DNA of 63,881 nucleotides, filler included, from Reclinomonas americana ATCC 50394 (taxonomy: Eukaryota): assembly GCA_048213135.1 (NCBI GenBank). It is 17 parts of 17 records of this genome, joined end to end, with 100 filler letters (N's around TTAATTAATTAA, not from the genome) between each part and the next. Parts side by side here need not be neighbours in the genome. Positions count along the whole stretch, not along the records: positions 1 to 5,858 come from AFZH01019313.1; positions 5,959 to 9,563 come from AFZH01019315.1; positions 9,664 to 12,210 come from AFZH01019316.1; positions 12,311 to 13,760 come from AFZH01019318.1; 13 more parts are not named here. One strand, given 5' to 3'. Below, one piece after another: positions 1 through 12,672 of the stretch. The notes under the pieces are model-generated. The model did not search any database and was not told the DNA's origin. It saw nothing but the letters and a program-made list of their open reading frames with translations. A program made the translations under genes and the position numbers. Every line of letters begins with the position of its first letter. Within the stretch, counting starts at the first letter, position 1.

Positions 1-2782
1 CAAGGAGAATCCCAAACTGCGTGAGCGATATCAGCGCCGGTATCCCTTCATCCTGGTCGACGAGGTCTGTTGCGATGCCGTGCTTCAGTCCGTGCTGTCT
101 CTCTCAGCTCATGCACACCCGCAACTGCAGTTTCAAGACACGTCGCCCGTGCAGTTTGAGTTGCTGAAGCTGCTGCATTCTCGTGCCGGGAGCATTGTTG
201 GTGAGTTGGTGGAGACACTGTGTTGCCGTCGAAGCGATTCGCCCGCCTGTGCTGATTTGTATGTCGCAGCCGTCGGTGATGTGAGTCACCTTTCCCCCCA
301 CGCCACCACAACCCTGTTGTTATCCCTTGTGTCGTTGTCGCTCACACTTGCAGCACAAAGGACGATCAATCAATCTACTCGTTCCGCGGTACCAAGGCTG
401 GCATCTTTCACGAGTTCAAAACCGAGTTCCAGTCGGTGCAGCACAGCCTCACCACCAATTGTTGCGTTTTCCCTTGCGCCTGCTGACGTGCTCTTGCACT
501 CGCTCATCCCTGTCCGATGACACAGATCGCAGCACGCACCGTATTGTTCAGCTGGCGCGTGAGATCATCAGTTTGAATCATTACCGCACCGAGAAGCCAC
601 TGCTGTTGCGTTTTGCTGTCGTCGTCGTGACCGATGAATGTGCAGCGCTCGCCTGACGTTGGTGCATCGCTCCCGCTCCCTTTTGCCGTTGCGGGCGAGC
701 AGTGCGCACAGTGCCAATTCGGTTGGCGACAAGATCGAGCTGTTTGTGGGTGCCTCGGTCGAGAACGAGGTGCAGCAGGTATTCAATCGCATCAACCAGC
801 TGGTGCACGGCGATGGAGTGAGCCTGTGCGACAGTTCCGTCATGGGAGCCTGATCGCGCTGCATGACTGTTGGGTTTTTGTCTGATGCCAAGTCGCCGAC
901 TTCTTTCTCTCTGTGTCACAGTTGCGATTTTGAGTCGAGTAAGGAAGAATGTGTTGGTCGATTTTGAGCGTGAGGCCAAGCGGCGAGGACTGCCGATTGT
1001 GCGACGTACCAGTCGCGCTTTCTCACAGATGGAGGTACGCAAGTGTGTTCCCCGTTTCTCGCACCACACGCGTTGGCTCATCTCAGCGCAGGCACAACAC
1101 ATTCTTGCATACCTGTCGCTGGTTGTCAACCCCGACGATCGCATCTCGTTTGAGCGCGTGATCAATGGTACGTACAGAGGGCGGAGTGTGTTGTCGCTGT
1201 TCGCGTGACCACACTGACGGACGAGCTGTTGTGTGTTGACAGTGCCGAGACGCAATCTCGGACCACAAGCCGTGCAGTACATCAAGCAACTCGCCCGACG
1301 AGAGAATGTTGCGTGCACGCGGTGTGTGTTGTCGAGTTGCAGAAGAATACTCGTGGTGATATGTGGTACATACAGTTGGCCCTGGTCGGTGCCTGCCACT
1401 TTGCCGTTCAGTACGACGTGCCAGCCATCGAAGGCATTCGACGACCGGGACGACGTGGCATCGAGGAGTTTGTGTCGCTCATGGATCATTTGAGTTCGCT
1501 GGCGGAGACCGGCACGCCCCTGGATCTCATCCGGTACGACGCTGCCGGTGGAGTGGCGTGCTGTGCTTTGCTCATTTGTACGTGTGATATTGCCAGGGAG
1601 GTGCTGGAGCGTACCACGTACGCCGACGTGGCACGCAAGATACGCGACGAGAAGATGAAATCGTTGGACCGACTGCGGGCACTTGGCAAGGCTCACTCGG
1701 AGGCCTCGCGTGAGGATGACGATGAGGACGATGCGGTCCGTATGCATGCATGCACTGCTGACTAAAGGCGTCGTCTCACTCACTGTGTGCGTATGTGTGT
1801 GCAGGAGTCACAAGTGAAGAACAATCTCGAGCGGCTGCTGCAGGAGACGGAAAACGTGATGAATAACATGTGCCTGGAGCTGGTGTGTCGATCCTGCTCA
1901 CTGTATGGGCGTGTTGTCTGCTCACGGAGCGACTGTGCCTTGTCTCCTTGTAGCCCGGCAACCGTGCTCCTGAGGACTTGCATGGCGTGGAGTTTCTGGC
2001 ATCGTTCCTCGAAGAGGTGGCGGTCTTCACAGACGAGGTGGATGCTCCGGTGCAGCGTGAGAACGGCTTGTCGATCGAGACCATTCACCAGGCCAAGGGA
2101 CTGCAGTGGAAGTACGTGTTCCTCGTGCGCATGAACGAGGGCCTGTGTCCGCTGTTGTCCATGGAGACGGAGCATCCCATTCCCACCAAGGCCTCCGAGG
2201 ATCACATGGAGGAGGAGCGGCGCATGGCCTACGTGGGCGTCACGCGTGCGCAGCACGCACTGGTGATCTCCACCGTGTGCCTCCCGCCCGGCGCATCCGC
2301 TGTGGACGCTTCAAGTCTGGACGAGTTTATCGACAGTATGCGCAACGGCAGCAGGGTGGATCGCCCATCGCGCTTCATCTGCGGTTCGCATCTCACGAGA
2401 GACTTGTGGAAGGTGCCACGTGGTTGGGATCTGGCGCAGGGTTGTTGGTACGAGGTGCGTCTTTGCGATTGCTTCTTTGGTATTGTGCCATGCTCTGTAG
2501 ACTTTCCCATTCATGCACACTGGGGGTTGGCGACTGCAGGATCCGACCTCTCGCTCTCTCCGCGACATTTTAGTCGCAGCGACAGCCTCGTCGACGTTTC
2601 GGAGCGCCACATCGGCGCAAAAGGCCGCAACACCCAACATCAAAACCGAGAAACCCAGCGGTGGCGGCGACCATGCAATGCGGTTCGCCGTCACTCGTCC
2701 CACTCCTCCTCCTCCTCCGCCACCACCACCACCACCGCCTCGGTTATCGGCGCCAGGCGGGGAGGGGAGTGCCATGAAGTAA
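1..2782 (+). CDS. UvrD/PcrA/Srs2-type superfamily 1A DNA helicase, multi-exon, 5' end outside window
   Basis: Spliced translation gives ILVDE|FQDT (motif II, intron 65-130), AVGD|DDQSIYSFRG (motif III), TNYRST..IV (IV), AILSR, FERVIN|VPRRNLG, TIHQAKGLQW..VF (V) and EEERRMAYVGVTRA (VI). Pro-rich tail ends at TAA 2780-2782. Confidence 0.93.
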
Positions 2783-2865
2783 AAAGCAAACGAATTTGCC
2801 ATTTTTGTCAATACACATCCCTCTGCTCTTTGCCCGTGCGCGCACACCCACCACACCAGAGATAG

Positions 2866-5718
2866 ATGTCTGCGCCACGTCGCCCCTCCTCGTCGGCCTC
2901 TGGCACACGCCCTTCCTCGTCAGCCTCTGCCGCGCGCCCCTCGTCGTCGGCCTCCGCGGCTCGTCCCTCCTCAGCTGCGGCCGGCAGTGCACGACCCTCG
3001 TCCGCGGCCGCCGGCTCCAGTCGCCGCCCCGCCGGTTCCTTGTCGCCACCCTCTGCCGCCTCTGCTCCTCCACGTCGTAGTGTGGTGTCAGTGGCATCGC
3101 CGAGTGGCGTGACGATCGATACACCACGCGCGCCCTTTGGCAGTGGCTTGCTGAATGCCGACGATGTAGCAGCGCTGTACAGAGCACGCTGCAAAGTTGC
3201 GTATCCAAATGAGAGAGCGATGGGAGACTCTCTTGTGAGCGTGTGTGTGTGCGTTGATCAATCAATCATCGCTATCATGATCCCGCGCAAAAAATTGTGG
3301 CGACAACTGTGACTGACCACGGTGGTGCTGCAGGATCAGAACCTGGATGTGCAGAGTGATCGCGAGGATCGATTCGTTACCGTCATTCAAGAGCTGTGCA
3401 AGGGCATGACACTCAGCCTGCGACAGCAAAACTTTGGTGCGATTTCAGACGCACTTTCTCTCTTGTGTCTTGTCTCACTTGTTCCTCACACATACACACA
3501 TAGGGACGAACTGCGCTCGCGTCTTGTGTCGCATGCTCAAGGACGACAACTCGTTTGGCACCATCGATCTGCAGGGTTGCGTTTTGCTTGTGTGTGTGTG
3601 TGTGTGTGCTCGCAGTTCAACCGACTGCTGACTTGTGCCGGCACAGGCAATCGTTTCCGTGACGAGGGCGCCAAGTGTGCGTGCTGAGCTCTATTGTTTT
3701 GTTTCACTTCGCTGCCTGCTGGCTGACACTGCTGCTGCTGCTGCTGCTGCTGTTGCAGACATTGGGGGCATTCTGCGGTTCAACACCACATGTGTGATGC
3801 TGGATCTGCGCTCCAATGATATTGGGCCGCAGGGTGCTACGGACTTGGTATGCGCTGCGTGTTCTTGTTGTTGCGCGCTATCGCGTGTATTTGACTTGCG
3901 CGCGTGCACAGCTCGAGCCACTGGTGGAGGTCAATCGCACTCTCACCTCTCTCGACATGTCGGCCATTGCCGGTGTCAATCGCAATCACATTGGCAAAGA
4001 GGGCTCTCGTGTCATGGCCGAGGTCCTCCGATACAACGATGGTGCGCCTACAAACCGTGCACGTGCACGCACCCATTGGGATATTCTTGCCTTTGTTCCC
4101 TCACCACAGATGCATTCGTGCAGTGCTGGTCGACTTGGCTCTCGGCTCCAACGGCATTGGCGCGGATGGCATTCTTCTGTTGTCGGCTGGTCTCGCCTGC
4201 AACCACACGCTGACCACGCTGGACCTCTCCTCCAATGCCATCACTGGCGAGGTGTGCCCGGCTCTGTTCACCGCGCTCATGTCGACGGCGGTGCACACGC
4301 TGAATCTGTCGCAAAATGTGCTCGGGGATCGCGGGTGGGTGATGTGCCGATCTCTCCCTCTCTCTACGGACAACACGTGGCTTCATGTGTGCCTAACAAA
4401 ACTTGCCATCTGCAGTGCCGCGGCCATGGCCTTGTTCTTCGCCGACGAGACCGTGGCAACGAGCTCGTCGCTGACGTCGCTGAATCTGGACTCGAATCGT
4501 CTGGGTGGTGCCGAGAACGAGGGAGTGCTGGCGTTTCTGCGTGCACTGAAAGGCTCTCAGCGTCTCAAGCATCTGGTGCTCGATAACAATCCCGTGGCGC
4601 CATTCGTGACGACACTGGCGACAACACTGCGTGAACATCGAAGTCTGGAGGTGTTGTCGCTGAACTCGGTTGGATTCGACAAGGTGTGCGCGCCTCTCGC
4701 TCTCAACAGAACTGGGGTGTTATCGACTGATGTGTGCTTTGTATTCGTCCGCAGGATTCGGGCAGTGCGCTGCTCAACTCACTGCTGACCAACAACGTGC
4801 TGCGCGAGTTGTATGTGTCGCAAAATTACCTCGAGGCGGCGGGCGCGGCGCCGTTGCAGACGTTGCTGGAGAAGAATCACACACTGCAAGTGATTGATGT
4901 CAGCAACTGTCGTCTCGACGACTCAGGTGTGTTGTTTCACTCTGTGGCACACTTGTAGAGCTCCCCCTTTTTCCACTCACGCTTTTGTGTGCCTCTTCTC
5001 TCTCCGTCGCTCTCTAGCGGGCGAACGCATCGTGCAAGGCCTCGCTCGAAACCACGGCATCCGCAACTTCATCTGCCGTCACAACAATCTGCGAGTGGTC
5101 GGGCCGCAGCTCGCCGACATTGCGGCCGGTCGACTGGACATCATGCAGCTCGACGTCACCTTCAACGACATCAACTTCAAGTACCTCAAGTTGATCGAGG
5201 ACGCAACGAAAGAGAACGCCAAGCGCTTCAAGGTGCAGTCGTAGTGCTCTGCCTGCGCGAGCCGATCGCTTTACCCATTGTCCTCGTCACAGGCCGGCGA
5301 ATCCGATCGCCTGCGCGAGCGCATCGATGCGCTGTACGAAGTGGCGACGCAGCTGCAGAACGCTCGTCGTGAGATTGTGCGCGAGGACGCGCAGATTGTT
5401 GAGAACAGCAAGAGTTGCGATCCGCCCTTCGCCTTCCTGTCCTTGCGCCCTCGTGTGTTGACCGACTGCGCACAGTTGCTGAGGAGCGGCGCGAGGTGCT
5501 TGCTGAAGCTGAGGCCGACTCGCAGGCGCAGCTCGACAAGCTGCAGGCGAGGTACGAAGAGGTCAAGGCTCGCCGGTGGAAACTGGAGGAGAAACTGGAT
5601 GAGATCAAGAGCAAGTCCAGCGAGTTCCGCTCAGATGCCGAGTTGGAGTTGGCCACACTGGAGGAGCAGTCGGAGGCCGAGCGTGCACAGCGAGCACACA
5701 TTGACAAGCAGATGAAGG
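2866..5718 (+). CDS. Ribonuclease-inhibitor-type leucine-rich repeat protein with an RPSS-repeat N-terminus and C-terminal coiled coil; 3' end lost in gap
   Basis: ATG 2866 and repeated (S/A)RPSS motifs. Many LxxLxLxxNxIG repeats across short introns (LDLRSNDIGPQG, LALGSNGIGADG, LTTLDLSSNAI, LNLSQNVLGDRG, LTSLNLDSNRLG, LRELYVSQNYL). E/K/Q-rich heptads at 5290-5718. Confidence 0.85.
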
Positions 5719-5785
5719 TGCGTTTGTTTGTGTTTCCAGGGAAAGAAAACAGGGAAAGGAAACAGTGAATAGGCAAAGAGACGAC

Positions 5786-5821
<36 letters not shown>

Positions 5822-5858
5822 CGGCAGTAGAGAGAAGACAAGTGTGAGGACAAGAGAG

Positions 5859-5958
5859 NNNNNNNNNNNNNNNNNNNNNNNNNNNNNNNNNNNNNNNNNN
5901 NNTTAATTAATTAANNNNNNNNNNNNNNNNNNNNNNNNNNNNNNNNNNNNNNNNNNNN
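5859..5958. other. Artificial scaffold linker N44-TTAATTAATTAA-N44 (first of 16)
   Basis: Identical 100-nt spacer with six-frame stops also at 9564, 12211, 13761, 18824, 27491, 29428, 35494, 43947, 51539, 53098, 55747, 57389, 59848, 61350 and 62718. Confidence 0.98.
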
Positions 5959-6023
5959 CACGCCACCACCACGAGCACCGACGACTCGGAAGTTGCGAGT
6001 GCAGTCTTCGTCTTTGTACTGAT

Positions 6024-6061
<38 letters not shown>

Positions 6062-8952
6062 ACTCTGCACAGCTCCTGCATCGCAGCAACTGCAGGCGCA
6101 CATTGTGTCCAAGTACGCCGATGAAGTGCTGCTGAATCAGTTTGCGCTGCTCATCGAGCTGCGACTGGTGATGATCATGCTGTTGAGTCTCGTCAACTCG
6201 TGGAGCTCCTTCCTTTGCTGCTTGATTGATTTGTTTTCTTCCCCCTGCAGGTATCGCGACTTGCGCTTGTCGCGTGGTGCAGTCGACTATGCAGAGATGG
6301 TCCGGCGACTGCAAAGTGTGCGCACCGATTACGTTCTCAAGCTCATGCATCCGCACATGAAGCCGTTCGGTGACAACATCGAGTTGCGTGCTGTAGCACG
6401 CATTTGCGTGTGTGTGTGTGTGTGCACGTAGTGACCGTGTCTCTCGTGCGCACAGATGGGAGGTCGCTTTCCTGTCGGCGTTCGCCAAGTACGAGGAGTC
6501 CATTGCCACGTACAGCTTTACCGATTCCACGCTGCAGCTGTGGAAGATGAAGCACGCGCTGGCCATGTGGCGCACCACGCACGCCACCAATTTTGCGTTG
6601 GCGTACGCGCGCGTTCCATCTCCCGCCGCATCGCCAGTCGCTCCACGCAAGAGCAAAGGAGCGGTTCGACGATCGGTGCGTCCTCCACATTGTTTCACGC
6701 GCGCCTCGCCCGCATCTCACTCTCCTCCCTCACCTGCAGCTTGGTTCCGCCGATCCACCCAACGACCCCATGCTCAACAACCCGACGCCGGCCGGCTCCA
6801 AACTGCCCATGCTGCCGCCACCCTCACCTCGCGCTCCGATACCCACACGCCCACCGGCCCTCGATCACGGCGACGCGCAAGTGACGCTCCCACTGTTGAC
6901 GTCGGCCATGGACAGCGAGGAAGTTGGAGTGCACAGCGGCGTTGGCGGCGACGGTGGCGGCGGCATTATCGTGGCTCCGCAGGCGATTCGCGCCGAGTCC
7001 ATACACATTCCCGAAGGTTCACTTGCGTTACCTGCCGCACGCTGTGTTGGGTGGGTCATCTCATCAACCGCTGCAGATCTGGAGGAGGCCGACCACTCAC
7101 CGGCTCATCTCACATCGCTCGATACGTGCCTGCTGACTCCGGACCAAGCGGGACCCACCAGCCCACCGGCTCGTGTCCGTGCTGCTGCAGCTCGCGCTCA
7201 AATCATGAGTGCTGGACGTGACGACGAGGTACCAGCGATTTGTGTGCTTTGTCTGCACACCACATGCTCACTAGTTTTGGTGGCAGGATGTCGAGTCGGA
7301 CGATGCCGGGTGCAGCAGCGAGGCGTCGGGACTCAGCTCGGCATCCCGCCCGCTGGTGTCGGTGCTGAAAACATCGCACTCGACCGATGGACTGGCAAAC
7401 ATCGGTGCAGTCGGGGCGCAGGTGTTGACACCGGCCACTCCCACGAGTGCAGGCGGCAGTGGTGTCGGTTCGAAGCGTCATTCTCTTCTCCCTCTCGAGG
7501 TGTGTCTGTGCGCTGATTCGTTGCGCCGTTGTCTGGTCCCCCCTCCCCCCCCCTGCGCAGGTCGACGACGTGTGATGTTCCAGTTGCCGAGTCAAACACC
7601 ACCGGCGTCGCCAGGCCGTGGAAGCGACTCGGTGCCGTCGTCGGCGGTGATGGGAGCTGCTGAACTGGCAAATCGTCGCACGGGATCTCCGGCAGCGTCG
7701 GCCGCCGCCGCCGCCATCTCGTCATCCATTGTCGGTGCGAGTGCTGCGAGTCATGCACGCGCAGAATTGCGGCAATCTCACTGTTTCCATTGCACGCGCG
7801 CAGGAAGTACTGCGTCGGCAGCCAGCAGTGCTGCCGCCATGGTGGCTGCCGCGTCCGCGGACAGCGCCGCTCGTATGATTCGTGGCACACACGCATCCCC
7901 TCCTGCGACAAGCAAGAAGTGAGTCCCTCGTTGTGGGAGTTGACAGACCTTTTGTTGACTGATTGGTTGTTTGCAGCGCCCCACGCCCATCATCGGCACC
8001 GCCCATTGATGTGTCGTCCACTGGACCCGTCACCTTTGTCGACCGGTGGACGCCACTCCCGCTGGCACGCTGGATGTCCACGATGTTCATGTTTGCGCAG
8101 AGCAAGTGCACGCTGCTGTACTCGCGTCTCATCCGACCATTCGAGGGCTCCTTCGACAAGGAACTCGAGTTGGAGAGTGCACGGCCGGGCATTCAGTATC
8201 TTGTGTGGTGCGTGTCACACATCACACTGGCTTGTGCTGTCTCTTCCCTTCTAATTCGTATTCTCTCCCTCCCTCCCGCAGGGTCGAGTGGTTCTTCCGC
8301 ACCACCGAAGCGGCACACTTTCTTCTGATCATGGACTGCCAGGGCTTGTCACGCGTGTCACTGGACGGCTACTTGTGCACACTGCCCAGATACAGCGACG
8401 ATGCGGAGGACGCCGACGACTATGGCGACATGCCGCTTACCGGCTTGCGCGCATGGCCAGCGGTGTTTCAGCTGCCCACGGTTCGCCTGCAGACTCTCTC
8501 TCTCTCTCTCTCTCTCTCTTTTGTATTCATTCTCCCGCGCGCAGGACGTCGCCGTGTCGCCGGCCCATTGGCCCAACATTGTCAGCTTGCTCACGTACCA
8601 CGCACCGGCACTCGCCGCGCGCCCGACACCCATCCGGCACGTGGAGGTCTGACAAGTCGTCCCCACCCCTCTTTCTTTCCCTCCCACTGCCGTACTTAAC
8701 CGGGATGCACCTGAGCAGGAACGACCCAAAAACACCTACTTTCTCTCCAAACTCGGCCCCCGTCTCTACGCCGTGTGCGTCTACGATCCGGCTCCGAAAA
8801 AGGGCTCGGAGAAAATCGTGCACGAATTCCTCACCAACTTCACGTACTGCATGTCGAACACCAAGGGCTTCAGCCTGCTGACCAAGACAGCAGCGGCGGC
8901 CACCGCTGCGGCCACTGCAGTGGCCACACACGAGAAGGGCTCCAAGTCATAG
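5959..8952 (+). CDS. KICS2: KICSTOR subunit 2 (C12orf66/DUF2003) homolog, multi-exon, 5' end in gap
   Basis: Colinear with recalled human C12orf66 blocks: KLMHPHMKPFGDNIE ~ RFHHPILSPLESSFQ; SIATYSFTDSTLQLWKMKHALAMW ~ [31 protein letters not shown]..SK ~ HLFLWLM..AK; GLRAWPAVFQLP ~ GVDQYPAVVSLP; HWPNIV ~ HWPNVI; NTYFLSK ~ STYFLTR; EFLTNFTYCMSNTKGF ~ SFLNEVSLALKNPKVF. Stop TAG 8950-8952. Confidence 0.85.
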
Positions 8953-9011
8953 CAATGAACGTTGACAGCAAACTGAAGTTGTCCTCTTGTCTCTCTTTCC
9001 CCCATCATATC

Positions 9012-9432
9012 ATGAGCGACGTGGACTCGCTTCTGCGGCAAGAGTTTGCCTCTCGTGCCCGCGTCGATTGGCTCAACTGGTGGAAGGCACAGTCGGGTCG
9101 CCGAGTGGTTCTGCGACTGTACGAAGAGTTGAGTCTGCGCGTCACTGACACACACACACACTGATCTGCATCTCACTCTCTGTGTGTGCGTGTGTGACCT
9201 TGACAGCATCACTGCGGAGGGAGTGTTCGAGGCCTGCGATGCACCTCTCACAGTGCTGCTCATTTCGCAGCTGCAGACGACGCTGGGCACGTATCCGTGG
9301 GCCACAATTCGTGTCGCCGATGTGATGGCCTTGGAGTTCATGCCCGCCATCACTGAGGAAGGAGGGGAGGGAGGGGAGGGCCCTGCAGCAGCAGCAGCAG
9401 CAGCACCCAAAGGAGAAGAAGCTCCAAGATGA
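9012..9432 (+). CDS. GEMIN7: Gemin7-like Sm-fold protein (SMN complex), two exons (9012-9127, 9207-9432)
   Basis: MSDVDSLLRQEFASRARVDWLNWW..GRRVVLRLYE|DITAEGVFEACD..ISQLQTTLGTYPWATIRVADVMALEF resembles recalled Gemin7 ARAALRERYL..GHQVSFTLHE..VSQLQTPIGVQAEALLRCSDIISYTF. Intron 9128-9206 is GT..AG. Confidence 0.72.
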
Positions 9433-9663
9433 CATGCAGGAGATTGTAATGCTAGTTGTGTTGTTTATTGTTGGTCACCTCAGGTCGCCGGGACTGCAGA
9501 GACACGAGAGAATGAGTGCCTTGTCTTTCTCGTTTGATGACAGGTCGCACGCAACATGCCACGNNNNNNNNNNNNNNNNNNNNNNNNNNNNNNNNNNNNN
9601 NNNNNNNTTAATTAATTAANNNNNNNNNNNNNNNNNNNNNNNNNNNNNNNNNNNNNNNNNNNN

Positions 9664-10011
9664 CACAGCATATGCGCAAAGCTCGACTTGCCAACACCTT
9701 ACACACACACTCTGCGCATGAGCGACACACGCACGGACAACAACACCAAGAAAGCGCAACTGGCATCGCCCAACACCAACACGCGACACTTGTCAGTGAC
9801 CGCCGCCAAGTTAACGCCAGCAGCGACCCCCGACAAAGGCGATGCAGCAGCTCCCGATGCACTCCCGCCTTTGCCTGTTTGCGGAGGAGTCGCCGAGGAC
9901 AAGACCGCCGCCACAGTCGATGAGATGGCTGCAGATGATGATGATGGCGACACACCTGCTCCTCCTCCTCCTCCTCCTGATGCTGGTACAGGCGAGGAGA
10001 AGGTCACATGA
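9664..10011 (+). CDS. Probable 3' end of an unidentified gene (low-complexity acidic/Pro tail)
   Basis: Open frame ending ..AADDDDGDTPAPPPPPPDAGTGEEKVT* at TGA 10011. No family motif; the start would lie in the gap. Confidence 0.35.
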   Translation, partial: HSICAKLDLPTPYTHTLRMSDTRTDNNTKKAQLASPNTNTRHLSVTAAKLTPAATPDKGDAAAPDALPPLPVCGGVAEDKTAATVDEMAADDDDGDTPAPPPPPPDAGTGEEKVT

Positions 10012-10098
10012 AAGGCACCACCGCCACCGCTCATCGTGAGTGAGTTGCGATCGTGTGTGCCAATCACGCGCGCGCGAGTTCTCCAATCTTTCGCGCGA

Positions 10099-11998
10099 AT
10101 GGAGAGAGAAGTGGAGACGTTGATCAGTGCGTTTCGCAGCCGTGTGCGCGACAGGGACGAAGGCGATCATACGAGCGGAGAGAGGTGAGAAAGGCGCACT
10201 CGTGAGCGTTCACTGATATCAACAATCATCTATCTGGTCATTGATTTTGCGCGGGATGGCGGTGACAGTTGGTGGCAGCTGTGCGACGGGTTTCGGCATG
10301 TGGTGACCGAGAAGCGACCGCGGCTTGATGCGTTTGTGTGTAGCTTGTCGTCGGTGATTGCGGCGTTGGTATCGGTGGATTTGGGCGCGGAAATGATCGA
10401 TGCGAGTCTGTTGGTGGCGCGTGGACTGGCCAGCTCGTGTCTCGTGCTGCATCACACACAGAGTCGACGCAGTGAGGTGGCGCCGTCGTCGCGGTCCAAC
10501 TATGAGCGATGTATTCAGGAGGTCTGTACTTCTCTGAGATCGCTCTGTGTCTTTGTCTTGTTACTTAGTTGTCGACGAGCAGTGCTTCGAGGTGCACTTT
10601 GCGGAGCAGCGCAACGACTTTGTGCGGGCGTGTCTGTTGCAGTGTGTGGCCGAGTGGAGTGTGGCGATGGCTCGTGGTCACGTGGCCAGCGCCAAGCAGA
10701 AGCGACAACGCGACGATCAGCAGCATTTGTCGCCACCGACTGCCGGTGACTCGCAGATCCTCATGCGGCAGCTGACCACGATTGTGAAGAACCTCGTGGC
10801 TTTATATGCGTCCGGCTCACGTAAGCTGTGTGCCATGCTCGACGACAGTGCGGCGGTTCGATCGCCCACCGATGCCGATGGGTTGGCGGCTGCGTGGAAA
10901 AAATCGTCGCTCCTCACCACGCTCAGCGCCGCACACGCGCTCGTACACGTTGCGCTGGCGTGCGAGGAAATGGGTTTGTGTTTGCCTCTCAGGCTCTGAG
11001 GTGGGGAAGAGGCAGATGGTGGCTGACAGTGGTGGTGCGCAGAACTCCCCGTTGACAACACACCACTCTCCGATCCGGTGCATGTGGCCACCGCGCTGTG
11101 TTCACTGACACAGACACTCGGGCACTCGGTGTCGCTCACGGCGGCGACTGCCGCGCCCGCCGCGTTCCACTGGCACACCGTCTTGTGTGAGCATGCGGCC
11201 AGTGGAGTGCGGAGTCTGCTGGCCAAGTCGGCGACAGCGAGTTGCGTCAACAGCGGTGAGGGGAAAAAGAGTGCCACCACCCGATCCTCACCGCGTTGCG
11301 CACAGTGCTGCTGGCAGAGGATACGGTGGCCGATGTGCTCGAGGTGTTGCTGAGCGCACTGGAGTCGCCGAGTGCCTCACCAACCGTCTTGTCGCTGCTG
11401 CTCAGCAGTCTCAGCGAGAGTTTCACCTCGGTGGTGGTGGCGCGCTCATCGTCGGCCCACGCACGCATCTTGCAGGCGTGCTTTCACGTCTACTGCTCGG
11501 TTTGTCGCACGCTGTGTTTGGCCGCTGTGGTGCCGCACGAGTGACTCACGAACATGCAGAGCGACACACATGCGGCTTGCATGATCAGTGCACTCGAGGC
11601 GCTCTTTGTCTGCTCGGTGGCAGGCATGCAGTTTGCCCGTTCGTGCCTCGACAGCAAGGTGGCCATGTTGCGACATCTCGAGGATTCCGTGTCGCCCTCC
11701 GAGTCGTTGCGCGCAACCACATAACACTCTTTTGTTGTTGTTAATCACCAACGCCCGTGCTCACAGCGTGGACGAGTCGTGGCTGCTGCGTCTCAACGAG
11801 GCCAAGCATGAGCTTGCCGCGCGCCTTGTGGCCGTGTCGGAGCACGAGCAGGCTTGGGCCGCTTTTAGTTGCGTTCTGTCCCACTTCTTTTCCCATAATG
11901 ATTTCCATGCCGCCGACACCCGCCTCCAATACGCGCAGTTCAACGATGCGGTCTGCGCGACGGCACGTGCCTGGAGATGCCACCGCGAGCTGAAGTGA
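10099..11998 (+). CDS. Uncharacterised multi-exon, predicted alpha-helical protein
   Basis: ATG 10099 (MEREVETLISAF..). Long Leu/Ala/Ser-rich open segments (10300-10520, 10570-10970, 11040-11256, 11305-11500, 11560-11690, 11767-11998) separated by short GT..AG introns. Stop TGA 11998. Confidence 0.6.
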
Positions 11999-12347
11999 AG
12001 AAGCTCGTGCAAGAGGGCTTCCGCATCCAGTCTCGCCATCGACCCAAAATCGGCAATCAATCGATACCGTCACCAGGGCCACTGGAGTAATCGTCACCTG
12101 GCCCGCCTACCGAGTAAACACAAAGTTTCGCATTGGCTGTTTTACTCACACAAGCGCGCGGACGTTCCGTCACGCGTTACTCGTACGCAAAGAGCTCTGA
12201 GGCTCCATGANNNNNNNNNNNNNNNNNNNNNNNNNNNNNNNNNNNNNNNNNNNNTTAATTAATTAANNNNNNNNNNNNNNNNNNNNNNNNNNNNNNNNNN
12301 NNNNNNNNNNGAGAGAGAGAGAGATGCACACACACACACACACACAC

Positions 12348-12672
12348 CTTTCTTGGCAGTGACACTGGTAGTAGTGACAGACGTGGAAGAAGAAGAAGAG
12401 ACAGGCACTTGTCGCCTCGCCATCGCAGGCACACCACGATGAGCAGACAACCCCGATGCACTCTTCTTCTTCTCCTCATCATCATCGTGGATGTTGATGG
12501 AGAGAGAGGAGGAATGCATCGTCATCATCGTCGTCAAATGCTGCTGGCTGTCGACGAGCATCATGTCTGCTTTCTCATCGTCGCACGGAGAAGAGTCAGA
12601 CATTGACAGTGATGGAGTTGTTGTTGTTGTTGTTGAGTGAGGGCGTGGAGGAGGAGGAGGTCGAGAGGCCAT
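12348..12672 (-). CDS. Array gene copy 0: first exon only (rest in gap or truncated)
   Basis: MASRPPPPPRPHSTTTTTTPSLSMSDSSPCDDEKADMML..SVTAKK followed by a GT(GT)n donor and then the gap. Confidence 0.6.

Noticed and set aside
1..2782. UvrD-like helicase as recent bacterial transfer or contamination
   Set aside because: Many spliceosomal introns, and eukaryotes have Srs2-type homologs; origin needs a phylogeny.
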